Assembly: GCA_002294005.1 (NCBI GenBank)
Contig: DBEH01000005.1
Coordinates: 19,475 to 83,474, forward strand
Direction: 5' to 3'
Length of the DNA: 64,000 nucleotides
DNA from: Firmicutes bacterium UBA911
GTDB taxonomy: Bacteria > Bacillota > Desulfotomaculia > Desulfotomaculales > Desulforudaceae
Positions 50,357 to 60,243 of this stretch are shown here, piece by piece. The position numbers and the translations under genes were made by a program. Positions within the stretch are counted from its first letter, which is position 1. Every line of letters begins with the position of its first letter. The notes beneath the pieces were generated by a model. It searched no databases. It saw only the letters and a program-made list of their open reading frames with translations, and had not been told where the DNA came from.

Positions 50357-50393
50357 CCGCTTCAACCCCTTTCGTCTGGAGTTAAAGCATATT

Positions 50394-50420
50394 ATTCCCC
50401 CGAAGGCAGGGAAATCCTGC
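50394..50420 (-). promoter_or_regulatory. sigma-H promoter of hpf
   Basis: GCAGGATTT-N11-GGGGAAT; hpf (yvyD) is sigma-H-controlled in B. subtilis. Confidence 0.75.
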
Positions 50421-50576
50421 ACTTCGGGCCAAAAGAGGATTGTCGAAATCGGGATTTGTAAAAACCCTAATTGGGTACAATTTCTTGTGGATACTGTGCA
50501 TAAACCTGTGCATAAGCCGGTTCTGGTGATCTCTGGTTGTGGATAGGCGCTACGGCCTTGTAGGAGCGTGTCAGAT

Positions 50577-51311
50577 TTAAATCCGGGCGGCGACAAGAAC
50601 TGCACCCAAAACCCTTGAAGCCCTGGCCTCCAACAACACTTTAGCCGCCTCGGACAACGTGCTGCCGGTGGTGAGCACGTCGTCCACCACGATCACGGTG
50701 CGGCCCCGCAAAAAATCAGGTTTGTCCGCGAACCGGAAGCACCCGGACAGATTGGTCAACCGGGCCGCCCGCGGCAGTCCGGCCTGCGCCGGCGTGTCCC
50801 GTACTTTGTCGAGCGCGGGACGGACGGGGACATTCAGCTGACCGCCGACCTCCCGGGCCAGAAGTTCCGCCTGGTTGAATCCGCGCCGTTTGAACGCCTC
50901 CCGGGAGAGGGGCACGGGCACCACGAGATCGGCGCCCGCATACGCCGGGTCAGAACGGACGGTCCGGATCATGAGTCCGCCCAGGAAAACGGCCAGGTCC
51001 GGCCTCCGGCCGTATTTGAGCCGGTGCACGGCGTCGCGGACCACCCCGTCGTAAGGCGCGTAGGCGCGGCAGCGCTCGAAAGGCGGCGCGTCCCGCCGGC
51101 AATCCCGACACAGCCGTGGTTCCGGTGCCGGAACGGGCGAAAAGAACCGGCCGCACCGGTCGCAGTGCGGCTCCCCTGAAAGACTCTCGATTTCGGCCCG
51201 GCAGGCCGGGCACAACGCCTCGGCCACACCCGCCCCGCAGACCGGGCAGCCTCCCGGATCCGGGAAAACCAACCGGAACAGCCCGTCCAAAACCGCGCGC
51301 AAGCTAGACAT
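50577..51311 (-). CDS. comF: ComF family protein (double zinc ribbon plus PRTase)
   Basis: Four CxxC pairs, RRGFNQA, VVDDVLTTGST. Confidence 0.92.
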   Translation of the reverse strand: MSSLRAVLDGLFRLVFPDPGGCPVCGAGVAEALCPACRAEIESLSGEPHCDRCGRFFSPVPAPEPRLCRDCRRDAPPFERCRAYAPYDGVVRDAVHRLKYGRRPDLAVFLGGLMIRTVRSDPAYAGADLVVPVPLSREAFKRRGFNQAELLAREVGGQLNVPVRPALDKVRDTPAQAGLPRAARLTNLSGCFRFADKPDFLRGRTVIVVDDVLTTGSTLSEAAKVLLEARASRVLGAVLVAARI

Positions 51312-53004
51312 TGGCGGCGTGTCCGCCCGCAGGGCGAAATTCGGAAACCTCCCGCCCGGCGGGGAGGCGCAAGCGTTCCTCGGCCCCGGCCAACAGCGCA
51401 TCCGAAGTGACCCCGTCCAGCGGCGCGGTGGAAAAACCGATGCGTACCGGGAGCCGGACCCGTTCCTTTCGGTCCTCTACACCGAAGGAGATCTGCTCCA
51501 GCATGCGCTGCAGACGCTCGGCCCTCTGGACGGCGCGAATTTCCCCGGTATCGGGCAGCAGCAAGGCAAATTCGTCCCCCCCGTAGCGGGCCGCCGTGCC
51601 GTCGGCCGGCAACCACTCCTCCACGGCCCGGGCGGCCTGAACCAGGACGGTGTCCCCGGTGGCATACCCAAAGCGCCGGTTCAGGTCGTACAACCCGTCG
51701 ATTTCAAGCAGGATGACGGCCAGCGGCCGGTGCATGCGCTCATACCCGGACAACTCGGCCTCCAACCGGCCGACGAACTGTTCCCGGTTGGGCAGGCCGG
51801 TGAGGTAGTCGCGGCCGGCCACCTTTTGCAGACGCCGGCGCATCCGCCAGTTGTCGGCGGCGGCCGCCACCTGGCCCCCGACGACGCTCAGCAGGCCGAG
51901 GCTCTTCTCGTCGTACACACCCGGGCGCTTGTCCCCGATCACGAAGACTCCCAGCATCTCGTTTCCAAACACCAGGGGCAGCAGAATGAGCGAGCGCGTC
52001 ACCGGCGACAGTCCGGTCATCCGCTGCCACTCCGGTTCCCGGCGGAGGTCGGTGACCAGGCGGGGTTCGCGGTTTTGCGCCGCCCAGCCGGCAATCCCTT
52101 CGTCCCGTTCCCAGACGATGTCGTGTAATCCGCCGGCGCACGCGCCCTCCAACGCCACCGGCACAAACAGGTGCCGCTCCTCGGACCAGAGATAAACCGC
52201 GGCCGCGTCGTAAGGGACCAGGCGCCGGACTTCGCGCAGGATCAGCTTCAGCAGTTCATCGAGTCCGGGGCAGGCGCCGAGGCCCTGCGCCACCGTGTGG
52301 AGCAGGCGGAGTTCCCGGTTGTTCTCTTCCACTATTACAAAGCGGCGCACGAAAAACTGGACGATCAAGCCGAGCAGGAGTGCCGGAAAGGCGCCGGCGA
52401 ACCCGGCGGACCGGTAGAGAGCGGCCACCAGGAAGCCGAGCGGAATTAACAGGACGTAAGTCGAGGCGTCCCAGCGCACGGCGGTGTGCCAACCGCTGAG
52501 TGAGAGCCCGCGGCGCGGCAGCAGGTACAGGGTGACCAGCAGGTTGTTGAGCACGAAGTAGGCGGCGGAGAAAGCCAAAAGCGGCAAGACGTTGGCCGGG
52601 GTGAGCATCTCCCCCGGGTGGGGTGTCCCGCCGCAGAAAAGGTAGGCGAGATAGGCGCCGTAGACCGCCGGGACGCTCTGGGCGGCATTGAACAGGGTGG
52701 TCCGGACCGGATTGCCGCGGTTGACGATTCCCTGGCCGAACAGGATGCCAAGCGCCGTTACCCAAGCCGCCGCCGCGGGCCCGTAGATGAGAAAAGCGCC
52801 GAAAGTGACCACCCAGCCGGCGGAAAGCTGCCCGTGCGGGAAAGAAATCACCAGCCACTCAGCCGCCATGGCGATCAAGATCAGCACGGCCAGTTCGGCG
52901 CTGAAGTCCAGGTCGACGGCGGGAAAAAGCCAGGACAGCAGCCAAACGCCCCCGACAGTCACAGACCAAAGGTAAAACATGCTGAAGATGTTTCCGGCGC
53001 GCAT
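51304..53004 (-). CDS. membrane sensor GAF-GGDEF diguanylate cyclase
   Basis: N-terminal multi-TM region, GAF domain, DYLTGLPNR, RYGGDEF. Confidence 0.88.
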   Translation of the reverse strand: MRAGNIFSMFYLWSVTVGGVWLLSWLFPAVDLDFSAELAVLILIAMAAEWLVISFPHGQLSAGWVVTFGAFLIYGPAAAAWVTALGILFGQGIVNRGNPVRTTLFNAAQSVPAVYGAYLAYLFCGGTPHPGEMLTPANVLPLLAFSAAYFVLNNLLVTLYLLPRRGLSLSGWHTAVRWDASTYVLLIPLGFLVAALYRSAGFAGAFPALLLGLIVQFFVRRFVIVEENNRELRLLHTVAQGLGACPGLDELLKLILREVRRLVPYDAAAVYLWSEERHLFVPVALEGACAGGLHDIVWERDEGIAGWAAQNREPRLVTDLRREPEWQRMTGLSPVTRSLILLPLVFGNEMLGVFVIGDKRPGVYDEKSLGLLSVVGGQVAAAADNWRMRRRLQKVAGRDYLTGLPNREQFVGRLEAELSGYERMHRPLAVILLEIDGLYDLNRRFGYATGDTVLVQAARAVEEWLPADGTAARYGGDEFALLLPDTGEIRAVQRAERLQRMLEQISFGVEDRKERVRLPVRIGFSTAPLDGVTSDALLAGAEERLRLPAGREVSEFRPAGGHAANV

Positions 53005-53183
53005 CCGGCACCCCACCTTGAACTGGTAGATTCGACAAGAAAGGCCCGTTTCCTCCGGCAACCGGGAAGAACTGTCCGGGGGGAGGGTGGGCACCGGGGT
53101 AGAATATGAAGCAGAGAATTCAGAATTCAGAATGAGGGATAGGACCAGGGGTGTGCTTAACCGGGGGAACATCTATCTGTTAC

Positions 53184-53368
53184 TGTGTCCGTGCCGAGGA
53201 ATGAGACTCACTCGCCTCCGGGCGGCGCCGAAACCCGCTCTCCGCACGGGTTCGGACAGTTGGGCGCCGCTTGTTCCAGGCTTGCCGCGCTACTTGAAGG
53301 GTCTTCCAATGTGGCCGCCGATAGTGCCCCGATCCGCCACGTGTATATCTCTCCGAACGCCCGGACAG
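53184..53368. ncRNA. candidate structured ncRNA or non-autonomous element (copy B)
   Basis: Terminal stem UGUCCG/CGGACA; nested CGGGCGGCGCC/GGCGCCGCUUG and ACCCG/CGGGU; GUGGC/GCCAC hairpin; shares motifs with 11361-11547; strand uncertain. Confidence 0.45.
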
Positions 53369-53372
53369 CCCT

Positions 53373-53411
53373 CAAAACGAAAAACCGCCCCCCGGCGGTG
53401 CGGGGGCGGTC
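53373..53411 (-). terminator. metK terminator
   Basis: GACCGCCCCC-loop-GGGGGCGGTTTTTCGTTTT on minus strand. Confidence 0.85.
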
Positions 53412-53429
53412 ATTGACGCTCGAATCCGG

Positions 53430-54617
53430 CTAGCCGATGCCGGCGGCGGCGCGGATTTCTTCGACCTTGTCGGTGCGCTCCCAGGGCAGGTCCAGGTCCT
53501 CACGCCCAAAATGGCCGTAGGCGGCGACCTGCCGGTAGATCGGACGGCGCAGGTCCAGGTGGTGGATGATCGCCGCGGGCCGGAGATCAAAATGTTCTGA
53601 AACCAGCTTCCCGAGCCGCTCCTCGTCAATCCGGCCGGTACCGAAGGTGTCCACCCTTAACGCGACCGGCCTCGCCACCCCGATGGCGTAGGCCACGTGC
53701 ACCTCGCACCGGGAGGCGAGCCCGGCGGCCACGATGTTTTTGGCCACGTACCGGGCCGCGTAGGACGCGGAACGGTCGACTTTGGTCGGGTCCTTGCCGG
53801 AAAAGGCGCCCCCGCCGTGGCGGGCCATGCCGCCGTAAGTATCGACCACGATCTTGCGGCCGGTCAGCCCCGTGTCGGCCTGCGGCCCGCCGACCACGAA
53901 CCGGCCGGTCGGGTTGATCAGGTAGCGGGTGGAGTTGGTAATGAACTCCACCGGGACGATCGGCTCAACGACCTTTTCGATCAAGTCGGCCCGGATGGTG
54001 GCGAGGTCCACGGCCGGATGGTGCTGGGCCGAGATCACGACCGTGTCCACCTTCACCGGGCGTCCGTTAGCGTACTGCACCGTAACCTGGGTTTTGCCGT
54101 CGGGCCTCAGGTAGGGCAGGGTGCCGTTCTTGCGAACCGAGGCCACCCGGCGCGCCAGGCGGTGCGCCAGGTAAACGGGCATCGGCATCAGCGCGGGAGT
54201 TTCGTCGGTGGCGTAGCCGACCATAATCCCCTGGTCGCCCGCGCCCACCCGGCTGAAAAGGTCATCCAGGCCCTCCCTGGCCTCCAGGGCCTTGTCCACC
54301 CCCATGGCGATGTCGGGCGACTGCTCGTCGATGCTGGTCAGCACGGCGCAGGTGTCGCAGTCGAAGCCGTACTTGGCCCGCGTATAGCCGATGTCGCGCA
54401 CGGTTTCCCGCACGATGTTCGGTATGTCCACATAGCATTTGCAGGTAATCTCGCCGGAGATGAGCACGAGTCCGGTGGTCACCAGGGTCTCGCAGGCCAC
54501 CCGGGCCAACGGGTCTTTGGAGAGGATGTTGTCCAGGACGGAGTCGGAAATCTGGTCGGCCACCTTGTCGGGGTGCCCTTCGGTCACCGATTCGGAAGTG
54601 AAAAGATGCTTCGCCAA
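53430..54617 (-). CDS. metK: S-adenosylmethionine synthetase
   Basis: [36 protein letters not shown]. Confidence 0.98.
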   Translation of the reverse strand: MAKHLFTSESVTEGHPDKVADQISDSVLDNILSKDPLARVACETLVTTGLVLISGEITCKCYVDIPNIVRETVRDIGYTRAKYGFDCDTCAVLTSIDEQSPDIAMGVDKALEAREGLDDLFSRVGAGDQGIMVGYATDETPALMPMPVYLAHRLARRVASVRKNGTLPYLRPDGKTQVTVQYANGRPVKVDTVVISAQHHPAVDLATIRADLIEKVVEPIVPVEFITNSTRYLINPTGRFVVGGPQADTGLTGRKIVVDTYGGMARHGGGAFSGKDPTKVDRSASYAARYVAKNIVAAGLASRCEVHVAYAIGVARPVALRVDTFGTGRIDEERLGKLVSEHFDLRPAAIIHHLDLRRPIYRQVAAYGHFGREDLDLPWERTDKVEEIRAAAGIG

Positions 54618-54661
54618 ACAGCGCTCTCTCCAATCTCTGGGGAACTGGGCTTACCAAAAGT

Positions 54662-54690
54662 ATTTTAGCAGCCGGCCTAACATATGTCAA
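54662..54690 (-). promoter_or_regulatory. sigma-A promoter of metK
   Basis: TTGACA-N17-TAAAAT. Confidence 0.85.
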
Positions 54691-54804
54691 AAAATCCGAT
54701 AATTTCAGCGGTCGGTGTTAATCACCATCGCCATCCCTTTCCAAGCTTGCAGCCGTCCTCCGGGCGGACGGCTGCGTCATCGTTTGCCGGCAGCCGCCGG
54801 CGGT

Positions 54805-55398
54805 TCAGGAATCCCGAGGTAAAAGAGCGCTCGCGACGGCAGCCGCGGCCAGCGCCTTGGTAACGTCGCCGACGATGAAGGGTATGGTGCCCATCCAGAG
54901 CAGTTCGGGCAGCGCGGCACCGGTGAGGTGGCCCAACCAGAGAAGCCCCAATCCATGAATAATCAGGAAGTTTGCAGCCAGCATCAGGGCCGTTAGGCCG
55001 ATGAGGCTCCGCAGGCGCGGGAAGGCCCGAACGGCGTAGCCCACGAACGCCGCCGCCACCACAAAGCCGGCCAGATACCCTCCGGTCGGACCGGCCAGGA
55101 CGGCCAGCCCTGCGGCCATGCCCGTGAACACCGGCAGTCCGGCCGCACCGGCCGCACCGTAGAGACCCACGGTCAGCCCCCCCCAGTTCCGGCCCAAGAG
55201 CACCCCCGCCAGCAGCACCGCGAAAGTCTGGCCGGTCACCGGCACCGGGGACCAGGGCACCGGCACGCGGATCTGGGCCGCCAGGGCAATCAGGGCGGCA
55301 AATCCGAGCGCAAGCACCAGTTTCTTGGGCAGGCTCTGTTCCTCACACCACCGGAAAGCCCGGCTGCCGTAAGCGTTAACCGTAGCCGTCAAACGCAA
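54805..55398 (-). CDS. bioY: ECF biotin transporter S component BioY
   Basis: PVPVTGQT, GLPVFTG, GPTGGYLAGF, PFIVGD. Confidence 0.94.
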   Translation of the reverse strand: MRLTATVNAYGSRAFRWCEEQSLPKKLVLALGFAALIALAAQIRVPVPWSPVPVTGQTFAVLLAGVLLGRNWGGLTVGLYGAAGAAGLPVFTGMAAGLAVLAGPTGGYLAGFVVAAAFVGYAVRAFPRLRSLIGLTALMLAANFLIIHGLGLLWLGHLTGAALPELLWMGTIPFIVGDVTKALAAAAVASALLPRDS

Positions 55399-55455
55399 TT
55401 GAACATTCCCCTTCCTCTGCAGTTTTTTGCATTATTTTAAGCCTCATCGGGTGAT

Positions 55456-55490
55456 ATTGTCAACTATTGCTTGACCATCTGGTTAACAAA
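55456..55490. promoter_or_regulatory. BirA operator overlapping the bioY -35
   Basis: atTGTCAACT-N15-GGTTAACAaa; minus strand TTGACA-N18-TAAAAT. Confidence 0.85.
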
Positions 55491-55551
55491 CAGGCCGGCT
55501 TGGACGCACGAAGCCACGAAGCCGCCCACAGGCGTTATGGCGCCGAGGTGC

Positions 55552-55574
55552 AAAAAGGTGTCAGACACCTTTTT
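55552..55574. repeat. short palindromic repeat
   Basis: aaaaaggtgtcagacaccttttt, near-identical to 22191-22214. Confidence 0.75.
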
Positions 55575-55669
55575 CACCCACGCCAGAGGCGGGCAAGCGC
55601 TTGAAAACCCGTGTTCTTGTCCGCCAAAAGTGAATTCGTAGGCAGGTACGTTGCTTATCGGCCCCGCGC

Positions 55670-55924
55670 TTAAGAATGGGGACTTTCGCCCCCGGGCAGT
55701 TGAACCAGGACCACGTCCACCCCGATGGTCTTGATGCCGCTCCAGGGGACAACCACATCTTTGCCCCGGCGGAAGACCCGCAGGTATTTCTCCGGGCTCC
55801 GGAGCACCAAAGCCCGCACCCGTCCCGTGTCCGCGTCGATTTCCAGGTCCTTCAGCGGCCCCAGGCGCCGCCCGTCGGCAACGTTGATAATGTCCTTGGA
55901 GCCCAATTCGGTCACTTTGAACAT
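55670..55924 (-). CDS. YlmC/YmxH family PRC-barrel sporulation protein
   Basis: KDIINVADGRRLG..DLEID..TG, VPWSGIKTIGVDVVLV. Confidence 0.9.
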   Translation of the reverse strand: MFKVTELGSKDIINVADGRRLGPLKDLEIDADTGRVRALVLRSPEKYLRVFRRGKDVVVPWSGIKTIGVDVVLVQLPGGESPHS

Positions 55925-55970
55925 TGTCACCACCTCCACGCCCCATGCTATGCCCGGCGGTAGGCGGCGG

Positions 55971-57551
55971 TTACCGGCCGCGCCTGGTAATGTTGCTCAA
56001 GAAGCGTCCTCCCAGCCGGCCGAAGGCCCGGAGCAGGGTCCCGATCTCCTCCAGCCGCAGGAGCAGCGCGGCAACCACGTAAACCACCACGCCCACCGTC
56101 ACCGCGCCCGTGACCCGCAGGGCGAGGCCTGCGGAGCCCGGCGGGACCAGTCCGGCCAGAGCGGTATCGGCGGCCTGCACGGCCAGGGCCATCAGGCCGG
56201 ACGCCACAAGCACCCCGCCACCGAAACGGAGCCAGGCCGTCGGCTGCCAAAACCCGGGCAGCAGCCGCTCCAAATAGCGGACCAGAAGCACGGTGTTCAC
56301 GAGGGCGGCCAGGGAACTGCCCAGCGCCAAGCCCCCATGCTGGAGCGGCCCCATCAGGGCCAGGCTCAAGGCCAGGTTTAAGGCCACGTTCACGACCAGG
56401 AGCTTCACCGGGGTCCGGGTGTCCTGAAAGGCGTAAAAACCCCGGGTCAGAAGGATATTCGCCGCCAGCCCGGCCAGGCCGACGGCGTAGAAAAGCAGGG
56501 CGGCGGCGGTCATGGCGGTGGCCCGCTCGTCGAAGGCCCCCCGCTCGAACAAGAGCTGCACCACCGGTTGGCGGAGCACGATCAGCCCGGCGGCGGCCGG
56601 CACCGTGGTCAGGACCACCATCCGCAGGCCGCGCTCCAGAGTCTCCCGCACCTCCAACCTTTTGCCCTCGGCCGCCCAGGTGGTCAGCGTCGGGAATACG
56701 GCCGTGCTCAGGGCCAGCACGAAGAGGCTGACCGGCAGTTGGATCAAACGGTTGCCGAAGTTTAAGGCGGCGATGCTCCCCTCGGCCAGGAAGGAAGCCA
56801 GCACCCGGTCGATCAGCACGTACAACTGGCTGATGGCGATGCCGGCCGTGATCGGCAGCATCAGGCCGAAGACCTTGCGTACTCCCGGGTGGCGCCAGTC
56901 AAAACCAGGGCGGAAACGAAAACCGGCCCGGTACAGGCTGGGGACTTGGATCAAACCGGCCGCGGCCATGCCCAGGACCGTGCCGTAGGCCAGGCCGTGG
57001 ATGCCGTAGAGGCTGCCCAGGGTGAGCGCGCCCGCGATGATCACCAGGTTGTTGACCGTGCCGCTGAACGCCGGAATGCCGAAAACATTGTTGGCGTTCA
57101 GGAAACCGTTGAACAGCGTGGCCAGTCCGGAGAATACCAAAAGCGGGAACATGATCCGGGTGAGGACGACCGCCAACTCCGCGGCGGCCGGCTCAAAACC
57201 GGGAGCGATCAGCCGGACCAGCACCGGTGCGGCCAATATTCCGGCGGCGGTCACGGCCACCAGCACCACCACCAGGAGATTCGCCACGTTCAAAGCAACC
57301 CGCCAGGCTTCACGGGTTTCACCGCGGGACTTGTATTCGGTGAATACCGGCACCACCACGGTGGCCAGCGCCTGGGCGAACACTATGAACAAAAGGCTCG
57401 GGATGGTCAGGGCCACCAGATAGGCGTCGGTGGCCACCGTGGCGCCGAACTGGTGGGCGATCGCCATCTCCCGGCCGAGACCCAGCACTCGGGACAGGAG
57501 GCTCAAGGCCGCGATCAACAGGGTGGCCTGAAAGAACAGGTGCCAGGCCAA
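55971..57551 (-). CDS. murJ: lipid II flippase MurJ
   Basis: LSRVLGLGRE, DAYLVA, RLIQLP, LFERGAFD, FYAFQDTRTP. Confidence 0.93.
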   Translation of the reverse strand: MAWHLFFQATLLIAALSLLSRVLGLGREMAIAHQFGATVATDAYLVALTIPSLLFIVFAQALATVVVPVFTEYKSRGETREAWRVALNVANLLVVVLVAVTAAGILAAPVLVRLIAPGFEPAAAELAVVLTRIMFPLLVFSGLATLFNGFLNANNVFGIPAFSGTVNNLVIIAGALTLGSLYGIHGLAYGTVLGMAAAGLIQVPSLYRAGFRFRPGFDWRHPGVRKVFGLMLPITAGIAISQLYVLIDRVLASFLAEGSIAALNFGNRLIQLPVSLFVLALSTAVFPTLTTWAAEGKRLEVRETLERGLRMVVLTTVPAAAGLIVLRQPVVQLLFERGAFDERATAMTAAALLFYAVGLAGLAANILLTRGFYAFQDTRTPVKLLVVNVALNLALSLALMGPLQHGGLALGSSLAALVNTVLLVRYLERLLPGFWQPTAWLRFGGGVLVASGLMALAVQAADTALAGLVPPGSAGLALRVTGAVTVGVVVYVVAALLLRLEEIGTLLRAFGRLGGRFLSNITRRGR

Positions 57552-57869
57552 GGATAGTCACCTCGTCGGTCAATTGGCCGGTGGCGTGGCGGGGGCCGTG
57601 CACCACGGTCCGCTCTCGCCGCTTCGCCGGCTCATCATCTCCGGTCACCCGGTCATCCGGTCCGTGCGTCGCCGCTCACCCGCCGCGCATTTCCCGTTGT
57701 TTCGCGTTCGGGCGCTGTTTTCCCTGCGCACCCGGCCATAAACGGCTACTATCCATTCTTGCCGCCCGCCACCAGGGGTCAAACCTTCAGTCGCTCGGTT
57801 TGCTGGATAGATTCCAAGACTGCTTTAGATGGCCGGGGGGGAGACTAAAGGTCTACCCCCCCCCGGCCA

Positions 57870-59273
57870 CTACAGATCGGCGAGGAGGCGGACGGCGTTC
57901 CGGATCCGTTCGCTTTGCGTGGGTGAGCCGGCTTCGGTGTAGATCCGGAAAACCGGTTCGGTGCCCGAAGCCCGGACCAGGACCCAGGCTCCGTCTTCGA
58001 GCACCAGCTTGGTGCCGTCCAAGGTGAACCGGCCGGCCACCGGCTGACCGGCCAGGCGGCCGGGCTCCAGCCCGCGCAGATTCTCCAATATCCGGGGCTT
58101 TTTGTCCGCACCGGTGCGGACGTCGACCCGTTCGCTGTACAGACGCCCGTATTTGTCCCCCACTTCCTCCAGGAGAGTTTTCAAAGACTTCCCGTGCGCC
58201 GCCACCATCTCCACCGCCAGCATCCCGGCCAGAATGCCGTCCTTTTCCGGGACGTGTCCCCGGATGGACAGGCCCCCGCTCTCCTCGCCGCCCACGATGC
58301 AGCCGCGCTCCATCAGGGCCCGGCCGATGTATTTGAACCCCACCGGGGTCTCGACCACCTCCTGCCCGCAGCCGGCGGCAATCCGGTCCACCAGGTGCGT
58401 GGTGGCCACCGTGCGCGCCACCGGCCCGCTCCACCCCCGGGCGGTCAGCAGGTGGGCGTACACCAGCGCCAGGAACTGGTTCGGAGAAATGTAGGTGCCG
58501 TCGGCGTCGATGACGCCCAACCGGTCGGCGTCGCCATCCAGACCAAGCCCGAGATGGGCCCCTTCCCGCAGCACGGTGTCCCGCAGGGCCCCCAGGTTGG
58601 CGGCGCCGGGGTCGGGCAGCGCACCGCCGAAAAGTGGGTCGCGGTGGTTGTGCAAACTGCTGACCCGTACCCCGAGGCCGGACAGCATCTCCTCCAAATA
58701 GCCGATCCCGGCGCCGTAGAGCGGGTCCACCACCACCCGCATTCCGGCTTGGCCAATGGTTTCGGTGTCGATCAACCCTAGGATATGCTCGGCGTACTCC
58801 CGGGATGGGTCCGTCAGTTCCCGGCCCGGCCCGCTCGCCCCGCCGGCCGGGATGGTGCCGCTGCGCTGCCGGCGCAGGATGTATTCCTCAATTTCGTCGG
58901 TGATTTCGGGCAGCGCGGGCCCGGCATATTCCGGGATGAACTTGATCCCGTTGTATTCCGGCGGGTTGTGACTGGCCGTCAGCACCACGGCGCCGCCCGC
59001 CCGGAGGTGTTGGACCGCGAAAGCGACGACCGGAGTGGGCAGCGCCTTTTGGCCCAGGAAAACGCGGACCCCCCGGCCGGTCAGCACTTCGGCCATGGTA
59101 TCCGCGAAACGGTCGGAGAGAAAACGGTTGTCGTACCCCACCACCACCCCGCGCCCCGCCAAGTTGTGGGCCGACACGAAGTCGGCCACCGCCCCGGCCA
59201 CCAGCGCCACGTTCGCGAAGGTGAAGTCGGCGGCCATCACCCCGCGCCAGCCGTCGGTGCCAAATTTGATCAT
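57870..59273 (-). CDS. phosphoglucomutase/phosphomannomutase family protein
   Basis: IKFGTDGWRG, TASHNP, DGDADR, GEESGG, RASGTEP. Confidence 0.95.
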   Translation of the reverse strand: MIKFGTDGWRGVMAADFTFANVALVAGAVADFVSAHNLAGRGVVVGYDNRFLSDRFADTMAEVLTGRGVRVFLGQKALPTPVVAFAVQHLRAGGAVVLTASHNPPEYNGIKFIPEYAGPALPEITDEIEEYILRRQRSGTIPAGGASGPGRELTDPSREYAEHILGLIDTETIGQAGMRVVVDPLYGAGIGYLEEMLSGLGVRVSSLHNHRDPLFGGALPDPGAANLGALRDTVLREGAHLGLGLDGDADRLGVIDADGTYISPNQFLALVYAHLLTARGWSGPVARTVATTHLVDRIAAGCGQEVVETPVGFKYIGRALMERGCIVGGEESGGLSIRGHVPEKDGILAGMLAVEMVAAHGKSLKTLLEEVGDKYGRLYSERVDVRTGADKKPRILENLRGLEPGRLAGQPVAGRFTLDGTKLVLEDGAWVLVRASGTEPVFRIYTEAGSPTQSERIRNAVRLLADL

Positions 59274-59368
59274 TGCCGACCAGCCTCCCCGAAAAATGCC
59301 GCTCCCGAGCGTTCTTGCGTTCTGCAAGCCTGTGTGCAATTGTTCCGCGCCGTCATTGCCGAATCCTG

Positions 59369-60106
59369 CTACTGCGGGAACTTGCCCGGCACCTTGTCGG
59401 CAACGTCGGTGTAGTGGTCAATGGCGTCTTCCTTCAGGTCGACATAGAGATTCCCGTCGCAGTCCAGGCTGGCGTACATCACTTCTTCGGAAGAACGCAC
59501 ACCCTGTCTCTCAAGCTCCCGGAACAGCCACTCCTCGTCAAGGTTGTTCTGGACCAGGTTCTGCTCGATCACCGTCCCGTCCACGATCAATTCCGACGGC
59601 ATTCCCTCGTACCGGGTGGGCAGGTGCAGGTCGGCGGGAGTGACCGGGCGTTTCTGCGATTTCAGCAACACGCTCATTTCCCCGTTCGGCTCCAGCACCG
59701 CGAACTCCACGTCGGCGACGTTGAACGCCCCCTTGCTGCGGAGCTGCATCATCAGGTCGTCCAGGTGGTAGCGCATATTGCGCATCTTGGCCTCCAAGAT
59801 TTTCCCGTTGTGCACCACGATGGTCGGCTCGTCCTCGAGGATTTTCCGCACCGGACGGCTCTTCATGGCCGCCCATTCCAGGAAGAGGGTCAGGCCGCTG
59901 AACACGGCCAGCGCCAGAAAGTAAAAGGACGCCGGCGTACGGAGGTCGATGGCCAGGGCGGCGGCGATCGAGCCGATGACAATGCCGTTCACGAAGTCGG
60001 TCACGGTCAACTGTCCGATCTGGGATTTGCCCACGATGCGGGTGATCAGGACCACGGCGATGAAGGCACCCACGGCGCGGATCACGATCTCCAGGAAGGG
60101 ACTCAT
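59369..60106 (-). CDS. yetF: DUF421 / YetF family spore membrane protein
   Basis: GKSQIGQLT..DF, EPTIVVHNG, QLRSKG, AVLEPNG, LIVDG. Confidence 0.88.
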   Translation of the reverse strand: MSPFLEIVIRAVGAFIAVVLITRIVGKSQIGQLTVTDFVNGIVIGSIAAALAIDLRTPASFYFLALAVFSGLTLFLEWAAMKSRPVRKILEDEPTIVVHNGKILEAKMRNMRYHLDDLMMQLRSKGAFNVADVEFAVLEPNGEMSVLLKSQKRPVTPADLHLPTRYEGMPSELIVDGTVIEQNLVQNNLDEEWLFRELERQGVRSSEEVMYASLDCDGNLYVDLKEDAIDHYTDVADKVPGKFPQ

Positions 60107-60140
60107 CGAAACTCCCCCCGTCAGGCCGTTCGTACCGGCT

Positions 60141-60170
60141 TAGATTTCCCCGCCCCACCCGCAAAAATGC
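60141..60170 (-). promoter_or_regulatory. sigma-F/G-type promoter of yetF
   Basis: GCATT-N15-GGGAAATCTA. Confidence 0.55.
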
Positions 60171-60192
60171 GGGAACGTGAAAGCGTTCCCGG

Positions 60193-60222
60193 GTTTTAAC
60201 CAGGGTCTGTTTGGCAATAATT
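60193..60222 (+). promoter_or_regulatory. sigma-F/G-type promoter of small ORF
   Basis: GTTTT-N15-GGCAATAATT. Confidence 0.5.
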
Positions 60223-60243
60223 GTGAGCAAGGAGGCGTGATTA

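Noticed and set aside
53184-53368. 6S RNA call (minus strand has CCCGUGCGGAGAGCGGGUUUC and 3' CGGCAC)
   Set aside because: By-eye pairing gives a multibranch fold rather than the 6S rod with central bubble, and no separate promoter is seen after the metK terminator; kept as unassigned.
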